A stretch of DNA of 64,000 bases. Source: Allopontixanthobacter sp. Lineage in GTDB: Bacteria; Pseudomonadota; Alphaproteobacteria; Sphingomonadales; Sphingomonadaceae. Under the pieces are notes generated by a model. That model worked only from the letters and a program-made list of their open reading frames with translations. It was not told the DNA's origin and ran no database searches. The translations under genes were made by a program, and so were the position numbers. The stretch lies in the NCBI RefSeq assembly GCF_034376665.1, contig NZ_JAXMJI010000067.1, positions 53,048-117,047 of the forward strand, read 5' to 3'. Shown piece after piece: positions 1-15,923 of this stretch (the first letter of the stretch is position 1; every line of letters starts with the position of its first letter).

Positions 1-2
1 AT

Positions 3-1486
3 ACCTGGCGTGACCGCGTGCCTGCCGTAATCATGACCGGCCGGCAGTCGAGCGATTTTCGCGGGCAGGATGGCTTTCTGGAAGCGGTCAATCTGCACGA
101 ACTGCCGCGCGATTATACGCAGTGGATCTGGGATGTTATGGACCCGGCCACGATCCCCGAAGTAATGCGCCGCGCGTTCCTGTTGGCCGAGGCACCGCCG
201 GGCGGGCCAGCTTTTGTCACCGTGTCCAAGGATTTCCTCGAACAGCCATTGCCGCCTACTCAAATCACGCCCCGGTCGCGGTCCAGGATCGATTATGACG
301 TGGTCCCGCCCGATGACCATGTCGCGCGGATTGCCGATGCGCTTTCCACTGCGCAATTTCCCGCATTGTTTGTCGGTAACGAGGCAATACGCTGGGATGC
401 CAGCGCCGAAATTTCCGCGATTGCCGAACATATTGGCGCCGCGGTGATGACCGCGCCAAAGGTGCCGCTGATCTTTCCGACAACGCATCCGGCCTATCTT
501 GGCGAACTGGGTGACGATCCGGCAATTGCTGCGCGCATCGACTGCTTCTGGAGCCTGGGCGGGCACATGTTCAAGCATGGCGCCAAGGCAAAGTCACCGC
601 CGATACCGCCCGGTGCCGTCACCATCCACACCGGCCTCAACGAAGGCGAGGTCGGGCGCAATTACCCGGTGGATATCGCCGCCGTTGCCGGAATGCGCGC
701 GACCGCCAGCGCCGTCATGGCGGAATTGCTTCGCCGCGGAAAGCCAAGCGGCGCGATGAACGCCCGGCGGGATGCCATTGCCAATGCGTCGGCTAAGCGG
801 CGTCAGGATCTGGACGCAATCGCCGACCGCGAAGCCGGCAACGAGCCAATTGCCACGAGCCGCCTGATGCGCGAATTGAACGCGGTCATGGCGGATGATG
901 CCAGCGTGGTTTCCGAAGTGGTCAGTTCGGACCAGTATCTGCGCTATTACCTCGATATCGATCATCGCCGGCCGATGGCCCAACGCAGGCGCAATTTCGA
1001 TACCACCGGCGGCGTCCTTGGCTGGGGCGTTGCTGCGGCAATCGGCGTAAAAATCGGCAATCCGCAGCGCGAAACCTGGTGCCTGACCGGCGATGGCGCG
1101 CTCAATTTCGGGGCGCAGGCGCTATGGACCGCTGCCCGATACGAAGTGCCCATCGGTATCGTGGTGTTCAACAACGGCCAATATCAGTCGAACCGGCGCT
1201 TCCTCCACTGGTATGGCCGCCGCGCCGCGGAAACCGGACAGTATCCCGGGGTGAACCTGGGACATCCCGATATCGACCATGTCGCACTGGCTAAGGCGTA
1301 CGGAGTCGAGGGCGAAACTATCGATGATCCCGCCGGGCTCGCTGCAGCGCTGAAACGGGCGGCGCGCGCAATCCGCGAAGAAAAGCGGCCCTATTTGCTC
1401 GATGTCCGGATCGAAAAACGGTACGGCGGGGCGCAATCGGACTGGTTCGATTTCTTTTCAGTGGCCAAGGGGATGGGGCGCACTTC

Positions 1487-1490
<4 letters not shown>
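3..1490 (+). CDS. Thiamine-pyrophosphate-dependent enzyme (acetolactate synthase / benzoylformate decarboxylase-like), 5' end cut by window edge
   Basis: The frame of ORF 18..1490 stays open back to nt 3. TPP-binding motif GDGALNFGAQALWTAARYEVPIGIVVFNNGQY. The stop overlaps the next start (ATGA at 1487-1490). Confidence 0.8.
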
Positions 1491-4744
<3,254 letters not shown>

Positions 4745-4745
<1 letters not shown>

Positions 4746-5419
4746 CAGACGTATTTCAACCCTTCGGCGGCGAGCCGTTCGCGCATCCCGTACATATCCA
4801 GTCCGAGAATTCCGGCAGCGAGCTTGTCGCGCTTTGCCGCTTCGTTGGCTTCGCGGGCCTGCGCAGCTGCAAGCACGTCTTCCGCCTTTTCACGCGGGAC
4901 CACGCACACACCGTCGTCATCAGCCACGATCACATCGCCCGGCTGAATGGCCGCGCCAGCACAGACCACCGGTACATTCACGCTGCCCAATGTGTTCTTC
5001 ACCGTGCCTTGTGCGAACACTGCCTTCGACCATACCGGGAACTGCATCGCCGTGAGATCGCGCACGTCGCGCACACCGGCATCGATCACCAAACCGCGGC
5101 AACCGTGCGCGATAGCGCTGGTGGCGAGCAGGTCGCCGAAATAGCCATCCTCGCACGGGGAAGTCGGCGCGAGCACGAGAATGTCTCCCTGCCTCAGTTG
5201 TTCGATCGCGGCGTGCACCATCCAGTTGTCGCCCGGTGGGGCGCTGATGGTCACCGCGCTGCCGGCAATGCGGGCCCCCGGATAGATCGGACGCATGGTA
5301 CTCGCGAGCAGGCCGGTGCGCCCCTGCGCCTCGTGCACGGTGGCGACCCCGCATCGGGCCAGCCCGTCGATGATCGACAAGTCAGCTCGCGCGATGTTCT
5401 GAACGACGATGCCGGACAT
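4745..5419 (-). CDS. ligK: 4-carboxy-4-hydroxy-2-oxoadipate aldolase / oxaloacetate decarboxylase (RraA-like)
   Basis: The start was moved to ATG 5419 ([34 protein letters not shown]), which has AGGAG 8 nt upstream. About 224 aa, as expected for LigK. Confidence 0.88.
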
Positions 5420-5452
5420 CGAAATTGCTCCTTCAAACTTGGTCGCAGACAT

Positions 5453-5467
5453 GGCCCGATGCGGGCC
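5453..5467. promoter_or_regulatory. Inverted repeat GGCCCG-ATG-CGGGCC in the 102-bp ligK/ligR divergent intergenic region (possible regulator site)
   Basis: A perfect 6-3-6 inverted repeat read directly from the sequence. Function is not established. Confidence 0.2.
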
Positions 5468-5521
5468 GTCACGCAATTCGGAACTGTCACCTGCCCATAA
5501 GTTTGTGCTAAGTCACGCGAC

Positions 5522-6664
5522 ATGGATGTGTTTGCACTCAACCTTCGTCACTTGCGCGCAATCGTCGAGATCAGTCGCTGTGGGAGCATTTCGGGTGCAG
5601 CGACAGCCGTAAATCTGACCCAGCCAGCCATAACACAGGCTTTGGCCAAGCTGGAAAGCGGGATCGGCCAGCCGCTGTTTGTGCGGCGCGCAGACGGCAT
5701 GTCGCCAACCCCGGCGGCCGAACTGCTGGTATCGCGCGCAGAAGCGGCACTGAACCATATTGCCAGCAGCAGAGTGACGATGGCGCAGCTGCGCGCCCTG
5801 GTCGCCCTGGCCGATGCGGGCAGCTATGCCGGTGCCAGCGCCGCCACGGCCCTGTCGCAACCATCGCTGCACCGCGCCGTGGGTGACCTCTCGCTGGCCT
5901 TGCGGCGGGAACTGGTCACGCGCCGGGGCAAAGGCATTGCGCTGACAGACGCCGGACGGAATCTGGCCCGGCGCTTCCGGTTGGCGCTTGCCGAACTGAC
6001 GGCGGCGATCAGCGAGCTCCATGCCCTGCAAGGGCGTGAGACAGGGCGCTTAGCCATCGGCGCGATGCCGCTATCCCGGGCGCGGCTGTTGCCCGCAGCG
6101 GTCAGCGCATTTCACCGCCTCTATCCCGATGTGCATATCAGCATCGTCGAAGGGGCATTCCACGAGCTGGTCGAACCGCTGCGCGATGGCGCGCTTGACC
6201 TCATTATCGGGGCCGTGCGGGATCCCGCGCCTGGTCCCGACCTCGACCAAACGGTGCTGTTCGAAGACCGGCCAGTGGTGCTCGCCCGCCATGGTCACCC
6301 GATGCAGGGCAGCGACGTGCGCAGGCTCGCTCAATATCCCTGGATTGTGCCCTCACCCGGCACCCCGCTGCGCGGGCAATGGGAACGCATATTCTGCGAA
6401 GCGGGCATTGCTGCGCCGCGCGTGCCCATCGAATGCGGATCGGTAATAACCATCCGGCAGATACTTATGGACAGCGACTTCCTGACGCTGCTCTCGCCCG
6501 ATCAGGTCGCGGTCGAGCTTGAGGCAGGATGGCTGCGCCGGATATGCGATGCACCGCCAGGGCTGGTGCGCAGGATCGGCCTGACGACGCGTGCGAATTG
6601 GCGTCCGACTGCGCGCCAGGCAAGCTTCATGGAACTTCTCGATATCCATGCGGGTGGATCATGA
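5522..6664 (+). CDS. ligR: LysR-family transcriptional regulator with two tandem N-terminal wHTH modules
   Basis: 380 aa. The first HTH is LRHLRAIVEISRCGSISGAATAVNLTQPAITQALAKLE. The second is LRALVALADAGSYAGASAATALSQPSLHRAVGDLS. A LysR substrate-binding domain follows. Divergent from ligK. Confidence 0.8.
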   Translation: MDVFALNLRHLRAIVEISRCGSISGAATAVNLTQPAITQALAKLESGIGQPLFVRRADGMSPTPAAELLVSRAEAALNHIASSRVTMAQLRALVALADAGSYAGASAATALSQPSLHRAVGDLSLALRRELVTRRGKGIALTDAGRNLARRFRLALAELTAAISELHALQGRETGRLAIGAMPLSRARLLPAAVSAFHRLYPDVHISIVEGAFHELVEPLRDGALDLIIGAVRDPAPGPDLDQTVLFEDRPVVLARHGHPMQGSDVRRLAQYPWIVPSPGTPLRGQWERIFCEAGIAAPRVPIECGSVITIRQILMDSDFLTLLSPDQVAVELEAGWLRRICDAPPGLVRRIGLTTRANWRPTARQASFMELLDIHAGGS

Positions 6665-6730
6665 ATTAGGATCAGCTTATAGCATGATCGGGCTTCCGAT
6701 TGGCCGCCCCGCCGCCGGAGGATTAGCCCT

Positions 6731-7519
6731 TTGGCCATGATGCGAACATGGTCGATGATCGGATTCGGGGAAGCCGGCGCAACTTTTGCCGGTGCCATGT
6801 ACTGCGCCGGTCGCGCCTTTGACCGGAAGACGGACGATCCTGCGGCTCGCGAGGCCATGCTCGAAACCATTACAAAGGCCGGGGTTGAACCCTGCTCCGA
6901 TGCCAAAGATGCGCTGGCAGGCGCGCAGGTGGTGCTCAGCCTGGTCACCGCATCAAGCGCGCTGCAGGCGGCAATCGATGATGCGCCCTTCCTGGCGCCC
7001 GGCGCGCTGTGGATCGACATGAATTCGGTTGCCCCTGAAACCAAGTGCCGCGCTGCCAACGTGATCGAGGCTGCTGGCGGGCGGTACGTTGACGCCGCCA
7101 TCATGGCGCCGGTTCAGCCCGCCGCGCTGTCGGTTCCGGTGCTGCTATCCGGCACAGATGCAGCCGATGCCGAAACGGCGCTGGCTGATTTCGGGTTTTC
7201 CAGTCTCCGAATTGTCGGCGGCGAAGTGGGCCGGGCATCGACCATCAAGATGCTGCGTTCTGTCATGGTCAAGGGTATCGAGGCGCTGACCGCTGAAATG
7301 GTGCTGGCCGCCCGGCATGCCGGGGTCGCCGACGAAGTGCTGGCTTCGCTGGGGGAAGATTGGGCCTGCAAGGCCGAATATAATCTCGAACGGATGACCA
7401 TGCACGGCCAGCGCCGGGCCGACGAAATGGAGGAAGTCGCAAAGACACTCGAATCACTGGGCGTCGAACCGCTGATGACCCACGGCACAATCATTCGCCA
7501 GAGGGAGTTGGCCCGGTGA
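6731..7519 (+). CDS. NAD(P)-dependent oxidoreductase (6-phosphogluconate dehydrogenase-like N-domain plus DUF1932-like C-domain)
   Basis: Rossmann motif MIGFGEAG near the N-terminus. TTG start with GGAGGA 8 nt upstream; the alternative is ATG 6737. GTGA overlap with ligJ. Confidence 0.7.
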   Translation: MAMMRTWSMIGFGEAGATFAGAMYCAGRAFDRKTDDPAAREAMLETITKAGVEPCSDAKDALAGAQVVLSLVTASSALQAAIDDAPFLAPGALWIDMNSVAPETKCRAANVIEAAGGRYVDAAIMAPVQPAALSVPVLLSGTDAADAETALADFGFSSLRIVGGEVGRASTIKMLRSVMVKGIEALTAEMVLAARHAGVADEVLASLGEDWACKAEYNLERMTMHGQRRADEMEEVAKTLESLGVEPLMTHGTIIRQRELAR

Positions 7520-8541
7520 CGCTGATCATCGACTGCCACGGCCATTACACGACCGCGCCTGAAGCGCATAATCTATGGCGTGAGGCGCAGAAAGCGGCCT
7601 TCCGGGACGGGCGCGAAGCCCCGCCCTATCCGGCAATTTCCGATGACGAAATTCGCCGCACGATCGAGGAAAATCAGCTCCGCCTGGTCCGCGAACGCGG
7701 CGCCGATCTGACGATTTTCTCGCCGCGCGCCTCGGCCATGGCGCATCATGTCGGCGATCAGGCGGTGAGCACCGCATGGGCGCAGCATTGCAACAACCTC
7801 ATCCACCGCGTCACGCAGTTGTTTCCCGAAACCTTCACCGGCGTCTGTATGCTGCCGCAATCGCCCGAGGCCGACCTGTCCGCGTCGGTTGCCGAACTTG
7901 AGCGCTGCGTGACGCAGCTTGGCTTTATCGGCTGCAATCTCAACCCCGATCCGGGCGGCGGGCACTTCACGCTGCCGCCACTGACCGATCGTTACTGGTA
8001 CCCGATCTATGAAAAGATGGTCGAGCTGGACGTGCCGGCAATGATCCACGTTTCCGGCAGCTGCAACCCCGGCCTGCATGCCACCGGCGCATTCTATATC
8101 GCAGCCGATACCATTGCCTTCATGCAGCTGATCGAGGGCGATCTGTTCGCCGATTTTCCGTCGCTGCGCTTCATCATCCCGCACGGCGGAGGCGCGGTTC
8201 CCTACCACTGGGGGCGTTATCGCGGGCTGGCCGATATGCTGAAGAAGCCCGATCTGGCGGGGCATGTCATGAACAATGTATTCTTCGACACCTGCGTCTA
8301 TCACCAGCCCGGCGTGGATTTGCTGGCCGATGTGATCGAGACGAAGAACATCCTGTTCGGCAGCGAAATGGTGGGCGCGGTACGCGGCATCGACCCGCAG
8401 ACCGGGCATTATTTCGACGACACCAAACGCTATGTCGATGCGCTCGACATTACCGCCGAGCAGCGCCACGCAATCTACGAAGGCAACGCCAGACGCGTGT
8501 TTCCCCGGCTTGACGCACAGCTGAAGGGGCGCGGGTTATGA
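7516..8541 (+). CDS. ligJ: 4-oxalomesaconate hydratase
   Basis: 341 aa. IIDCHGHYT, FIGCNLNPDPGGGHF and RFIIPHGGGAVPYHWGR are near-colinear with SYK-6 LigJ as remembered. Confidence 0.92.
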   Translation: MTLIIDCHGHYTTAPEAHNLWREAQKAAFRDGREAPPYPAISDDEIRRTIEENQLRLVRERGADLTIFSPRASAMAHHVGDQAVSTAWAQHCNNLIHRVTQLFPETFTGVCMLPQSPEADLSASVAELERCVTQLGFIGCNLNPDPGGGHFTLPPLTDRYWYPIYEKMVELDVPAMIHVSGSCNPGLHATGAFYIAADTIAFMQLIEGDLFADFPSLRFIIPHGGGAVPYHWGRYRGLADMLKKPDLAGHVMNNVFFDTCVYHQPGVDLLADVIETKNILFGSEMVGAVRGIDPQTGHYFDDTKRYVDALDITAEQRHAIYEGNARRVFPRLDAQLKGRGL

Positions 8542-9586
8542 GCACTTGGCTGGCCAATGCCTGGTATGTCGCGGCATGGGACCGTGAAGTGGATAGCCAG
8601 CCCCTCGCCCGCACGATCTGCGGCGTGCCGATGATGTTCTATCGCAAACTGGACCGGGGCGTCGTGGCCATGCGCGATGCCTGCCCGCACCGCCTGTTGC
8701 CGCTTTCCATGGGGCTGCGCGAGGGGGATTCGATCCGGTGCCGCTATCATGGGCTCAAGCTGGGTCAGGACGGAATTGCCGAGGAAATGCCGGTCAGTTC
8801 CGATCCGGTAAATCGGAACGTCTGCGCGGAAACCTTTATCGTGCACGAACGGCACCGCTTCGTCTGGGTGTGGGTCGGTGAAAAAGCGAAAGCGGATCCG
8901 GCGCTGATCCCCGATCTTTGGCCCTGTTCTGCGGCGGGCTGGCGGTTTGATGGCGGCTATTTCGAAATCGCGTCGGATTACCGGCTGGCGATCGACAATC
9001 TGATGGACCTGACCCACGAAACCTATGTCCACACCGGTTCGATCGGCCAGCCCGAAATCATGCACGCTCCGATCGAGACCCATGTGGAAGGCGACCAGGT
9101 TTTCGTCAGGCGCTGGATGCCCGGGGTCGACGCACCGCCATTCTGGGCGGGAGCGTTGCGCCAGCAAGGCCAGGTCGATCGCTGGCAGATCTGCCAGTTC
9201 ATGCTGCCTTGCGCGGTGATCATCGATGTGGGCGTAGCGCCAGTGGGTGCCGGCGCGACGGTCGAACGGCACGATCAGGGGGTCCGCGGCTTCGTGATCG
9301 ACGTGATGACCCCGCAAAGTGAGACCAGCCATCACTACTTCTGGGGCATGGCGCGCAATTTCGACATCGATGACGAAGGCTTCACGGCCCGTTTTCGCCA
9401 GCAGCAGGGCGGTGTGTTCCTGCAGGACAAGGAAGTTCTGGAGGCCCAGCAGCGCTCCATCGAAGCGAACCCCCAGATGAAACTTGCCGCTTACAAAATC
9501 GACGAAGGGGGCACGCGTGCCCGCCAGATAATCGCCCGCGCCATCAAGGCGCAGGATAAGCAGTCGGAAACAGCGGAGGTGGCGAA

Positions 9587-9590
<4 letters not shown>
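8538..9590 (+). CDS. Rieske [2Fe-2S] non-heme-iron oxygenase, VanA-like (aromatic O-demethylase oxygenase component)
   Basis: Rieske motif CPHR-x16-CRYHG. Mononuclear iron motif DNLMDLTHETYVH. 350 aa. ATGA overlaps on both sides. Confidence 0.85.
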
Positions 9591-11769
<2,179 letters not shown>

Positions 11770-11773
<4 letters not shown>

Positions 11774-12942
11774 ACATGCGCAAGGACGTTGTCATTATCG
11801 GGGCAGGCCCCGCGGGATTGCTGCTGGGGCATTTGCTGCGCGCGGCCGGTATATCCTGCATCGTCATCGAGCGTGTATCGGGCGAGTATGTGCTCAGCCG
11901 CATTCGCGCCGGTGTATTGGAAACTGTCTGCACTGATCTGATGGCGCAGCTCGGCCTGGATGCGCGAATGAAGGCGGAGGGGCTGCCGCACGATGGCTTC
12001 AACCTCGCCGATAGCGACCGGTTGATCCGCATCGATATTGCCGGGCTGACCGGCGGACATGTGATGGTTTACGGCCAGACCGAAATCACCCGTGACCTGA
12101 TGGATGCGGCACCCGAGCGCGGGCTCGAGATCGTCTATGAGGCCGAGGACGTCACGCTGCATGGCATCGATAGCGACGAACCTTCGGTCAGCTATGTCAA
12201 GGACGGGAAGGCCCACCAAGTCTCGGCCAAATTCATTTGCGGCTGTGACGGGTTCCATGGCCCTTCGCGGCAGGCCATCCCCGCCAGCGTCGCTCGCCCT
12301 CATGAACTCGTTTATCCGTTCGGCTGGCTCGGCATCCTTGCCGATGTTCCCCCGTGCAACGACGAGCTGATCTACGCCAGCCATGAACGCGGCTTTGCGC
12401 TTGCCTCAATGCGTTCGCGCACGCGCAGCCGCTATTACATCGACGTGCCACTCGACCAGAAGATCGAGGACTGGCCCGATGACCGGCTATGGGACGAACT
12501 GGCGATCAGGCTCGGCCCCAAGGGTGCAGACATCACTCGCGGCCCGGCGCTCGAAAAATCGATCGCGCCGCTGCGCTCCTTCGTGTTCGAGCCGATGCAG
12601 CATGGCCGATTGTTCCTGGCCGGCGACGCCGCGCATATCGTTCCGCCAACGGGTGCCAAAGGGCTCAACCTCGCCACTTCCGACGTCGCCTATCTCTCGC
12701 GCGCATTGATCGATCATTTCACGCGCGGCGATGAAACAGGCCTGGTCGGCTACAGCGACAAGGCATCCGCGCGGGTGTGGAAGTCCGAGCGTTTCAGCTG
12801 GTATCTGACAAAATTGATGCACCGCTTCCCGCAGGATGGTGAGTTCGAGAGGCGCATGCAGCTGTCCGAACTCGATTACATCGCCAGCAGCACCGCCATG
12901 CAAACCGCAATTGCCGAAAATTACGTCGGCCTGCCGCTCTGA
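11770..12942 (+). CDS. pobA: 4-hydroxybenzoate 3-monooxygenase
   Basis: 390 aa. FAD motif VVIIGAGPAGLLLGHLL and C-terminal LAGDAAHIVPPTGAKGLN. ATGA overlap with ligC. Confidence 0.9.
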
Positions 12943-13116
12943 TAGGCTCCACGGGCCTCAATCGCCAGTCTAATCCCCATTGCAGGAGCAAGTCTTCGAT
13001 GTGAGTAACGCCTCGAAGTTATTCCGGACGGCTCATTTTTGCGCTTTCCACGACAATCCTGCCCATTGCGGACATCGCCGATGCCTATGACGCCGTAATT
13101 CGGTTTTGTGTGCCTT

Positions 13117-14727
13117 TCAGCCCCCGGTCCGGAATCGGCCCCAGCGCCCGCGATCGGCCAGCACTTCGGCGGCGCAATTGTGCCCCGGTGCGCCGGTCAC
13201 GCCGCCGCCCGGATGCGTGCCCGCCCCGCACATGTAGAGCCCCTTCACCGGCCCGCGATAGGCGCCGTGGCCCAGCACCGGGCGCGCCGACCACAGCTGA
13301 TCGAGGCTCATGTGACCGTGCATGATGTCACCGCCGACGAGGCCGAACTTGTCGTAAAGACCCTTAGGGCTGAGCACCTGCCGCCCAAGGATCGAGGCGC
13401 GGAAACCGGGCGCATGGAGCTCGACCGTGTCGATGATGGTGTCCGCCGCAGCGTCTTCTTCCGCGTCCCAGCACCGACCATCAGGAAGCTCGGGCGCGAA
13501 CTGCTGACAGAACAGGCTGGCGACATGCTGCCCCGGCGGGGCGAGGCTGTCATCGACCGTCGAGGGAATCAGCATCTCGACAATCGGCGACTTCGACCAG
13601 CCGAACTGTTTGGCATCGAGGAAGGCGCGGTCCATGTAATCGAGCGTGGGCGCGAGAATGATGCCCGAACGGTGGTGCTCGCCAGGTTCGGGCAGGCAGG
13701 TGAAGCGCGGCAGTTCGGAAAGCGCGACATTCATGCGGAAAGTCCCTCCGCCTGCCTTGAAGCCGCGCATCCGGCGGCGGAAATCCTCCGGCTGCGCGCT
13801 TTCGGGCACCATTTTGCCGTAGAGCAGCTTGGGTCCGACATTGGCGATCACTCGGCTAGCAGCAATCTCCTCGCCGCTTTCGAGCCTGACGCCGACCGCC
13901 TTGTCGCCATCGATCAAGACCTCTGCCACCGGCGCATCAAGGCTGATTTCGACGCCCGCATCATGGCACACCCCGGCCATGATCTGGGTAATCGTGCCCA
14001 TGCCGCCCACGCAGTGACCCCATGCGCCCTTCTTGCCGTTCACCTCGCCGAAGACGTGGTGCAGCAGCACATAGGCGCTGCCCGGCGTATCGGGCGAGGC
14101 GTAGTTGCCCACCACCGCATCGAAACCGAAAGCAGCCTTGACCGCCTCGCTTTCGAACCAGCTGTCGAGGAAGCTGCGCGCCGATTTGGTGAAAAGGTCG
14201 AGCACGTCGCGCTTGGCCTCGAGCCCCAGCCGCGACAGGCCCCAGCCCTGCGAAGCCCCGGCCATGAGCGTGCGCAGCCCTTCACCCACGTTGGGAGGCG
14301 ATTTGAGCGCGAGGCTGCGCAGCACTTCGGCCACGCCTTCCAATGCGTCGTAATATTGGGGGAGCACTGCGGCATCGTGCGCTGAGAACTTGCGGAATTC
14401 CTCCTGCGTGCGTTCGAGACCGCCGCCCAGCTTCAAATAACCGCCATCCTCCTGCGGCAGGAAATTCGAGATCGGCCGTTCGATCACGCGGTAACCGTGA
14501 TCGGCCAGCTTCATGTCGGCGATCACCTTGGGCTGGAGCAGGCTGACGGTATAGCTCGCCACCGAATTGCGAAAGCCCGGATGAAACTCTTCGGTCACTG
14601 CCGCGCCGCCCACCACATCCCGGCGTTCGAGAATGCGCACCTTGAGGCCCGCACGCGCGAGATAGAAGGCACAGACGAGGCCGTTGTGGCCGCCGCCGAT
14701 GATTACGGCATCGTATTGGCTGCTCAT
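13117..14727 (-). CDS. NAD(P)/FAD-dependent oxidoreductase, phytoene-desaturase (CrtI)-like family
   Basis: Dinucleotide motif YDAVIIGGGHNGLVCAFYLARAG. Start set at ATG 14727 (MSSQYD), which forms an ATGA overlap with the upstream Rieske gene stop. Confidence 0.8.
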   Translation of the reverse strand: MSSQYDAVIIGGGHNGLVCAFYLARAGLKVRILERRDVVGGAAVTEEFHPGFRNSVASYTVSLLQPKVIADMKLADHGYRVIERPISNFLPQEDGGYLKLGGGLERTQEEFRKFSAHDAAVLPQYYDALEGVAEVLRSLALKSPPNVGEGLRTLMAGASQGWGLSRLGLEAKRDVLDLFTKSARSFLDSWFESEAVKAAFGFDAVVGNYASPDTPGSAYVLLHHVFGEVNGKKGAWGHCVGGMGTITQIMAGVCHDAGVEISLDAPVAEVLIDGDKAVGVRLESGEEIAASRVIANVGPKLLYGKMVPESAQPEDFRRRMRGFKAGGGTFRMNVALSELPRFTCLPEPGEHHRSGIILAPTLDYMDRAFLDAKQFGWSKSPIVEMLIPSTVDDSLAPPGQHVASLFCQQFAPELPDGRCWDAEEDAAADTIIDTVELHAPGFRASILGRQVLSPKGLYDKFGLVGGDIMHGHMSLDQLWSARPVLGHGAYRGPVKGLYMCGAGTHPGGGVTGAPGHNCAAEVLADRGRWGRFRTGG

Positions 14728-15890
14728 GTGCGGCTCCATCCGTGGGCTGGTTGTTGCTCGAGCCGCGCTTCGGGGATCAATTCGCGGATGCGGGCGCAGA
14801 AATGGCGCAGGCAGACCTCTTTCTCGCTCAGTGGTCCCATGCTGAAACTGCGCGATTCCATACCCTGCTGCACACGGTTGATCAGCGCTGTGTCCTCGGC
14901 ATTGACCTGCCGGTTGATCCGCCAGTTGAGATAGCGCGCCGCGCGCATTTCCCGGCGGTCATCCGGGAGGACGTAGGAAATCTCGCGGATCAGGCTGGTC
15001 GTGGGGCTGACGGGCAGCCACTGCATGAAATCGACCTGATCGGGAAAGATGTCGAAGGCGACGTTGGGCCACAGCTTGAAATAGAGCCAATGGCGCTGCC
15101 GTTCAGGCGGCAGGTGCTCCGCCGGGGGCAGCAGGCGTTGATACATGCGTTCGGACCAGTTGGTACTGTCGCGGTCGATCATGTCGCCCCACATCCGGTC
15201 GACATGGCGCTGCGCCTCGATGCCATAGCTCTTGCCGAACAGCCGCGTGAGACCGGGGTGGGCGACCGGAATGTGCAGCCCGTCGGAATAATTGTCGCCC
15301 ACGTTCTTCCAGTTTACCTCGCGCGGGCGCAGCGTGACGCGGCCGAGCGCCTTGAGTTCGCCGAAGCGATAGGGCGCGACCATAGCCTCGTAAGGCGCCA
15401 TCATTTCGGCCACCGAAGGCCCGCCATCGTTTTCGAGTCGGACGAACACAAAGCCGCGCCAGACCTCCATCTCGACCGGCGCGAGGCCTGCCTTGGCGCG
15501 ATCGAGTGTGGGGTAGCTGGCGCTGTCGGGTACGCCCGAGAGCCGCCCGTCAAGCTCGTAGGTCCAGGCGTGATAGGGGCAGACCAGCTTCTTCGCGCAG
15601 CCTTGCGATCCGTCGACAATCCGCGATCCGCGATGGCGGCAGACATTGGTGAAAGCGCGAAGCTGGCTATCGTTGCCGCGCACCGCAATCACGCTTTCAC
15701 CGCAGTAATCGAGCGTGTGCCAATCGCCAGCCGCGGGAACATCGCTCTCGTGGCAGACAACCTGCCAGCTCGGCCGAAAAACCCGATCGAGTTCCAATGC
15801 GAAGAACTCCGGATCGCGATAGGTCCATGCCGGCAGGCTCCAGCCTGCAAGCGCGTCCTGCTGCGATGCTTCGCTGACCTGTGTTGCCAT
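14724..15890 (-). CDS. Rieske [2Fe-2S] aromatic-ring-hydroxylating-type oxygenase alpha subunit
   Basis: Start at MATQVSE (ATG 15890, AAGGAAGG upstream). Rieske motif CRHRG-x18-CPYHAW. Iron motif DGLHIPVAH. 388 aa. Confidence 0.85.
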   Translation of the reverse strand: MATQVSEASQQDALAGWSLPAWTYRDPEFFALELDRVFRPSWQVVCHESDVPAAGDWHTLDYCGESVIAVRGNDSQLRAFTNVCRHRGSRIVDGSQGCAKKLVCPYHAWTYELDGRLSGVPDSASYPTLDRAKAGLAPVEMEVWRGFVFVRLENDGGPSVAEMMAPYEAMVAPYRFGELKALGRVTLRPREVNWKNVGDNYSDGLHIPVAHPGLTRLFGKSYGIEAQRHVDRMWGDMIDRDSTNWSERMYQRLLPPAEHLPPERQRHWLYFKLWPNVAFDIFPDQVDFMQWLPVSPTTSLIREISYVLPDDRREMRAARYLNWRINRQVNAEDTALINRVQQGMESRSFSMGPLSEKEVCLRHFCARIRELIPEARLEQQPAHGWSRT

Positions 15891-15904
15891 GAGCCCTTCC
15901 TTGC

Positions 15905-15918
15905 TATACGATCGTATA
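15905..15918. promoter_or_regulatory. Perfect 14-bp palindrome TATACGATCGTATA, candidate TetR operator
   Basis: Centred in the 33-bp gap between the divergent Rieske (15890) and TetR (15924) start codons. Confidence 0.5.
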
Positions 15919-15923
15919 ACAAG

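Noticed and set aside
14742-15923. The N-terminal 394 aa of the 594-aa ORF that ends as the TetR regulator.
   Set aside because: This part is antisense to the Rieske oxygenase and has no TetR-like sequence. The TetR HTH begins about 17 aa after ATG 15924.
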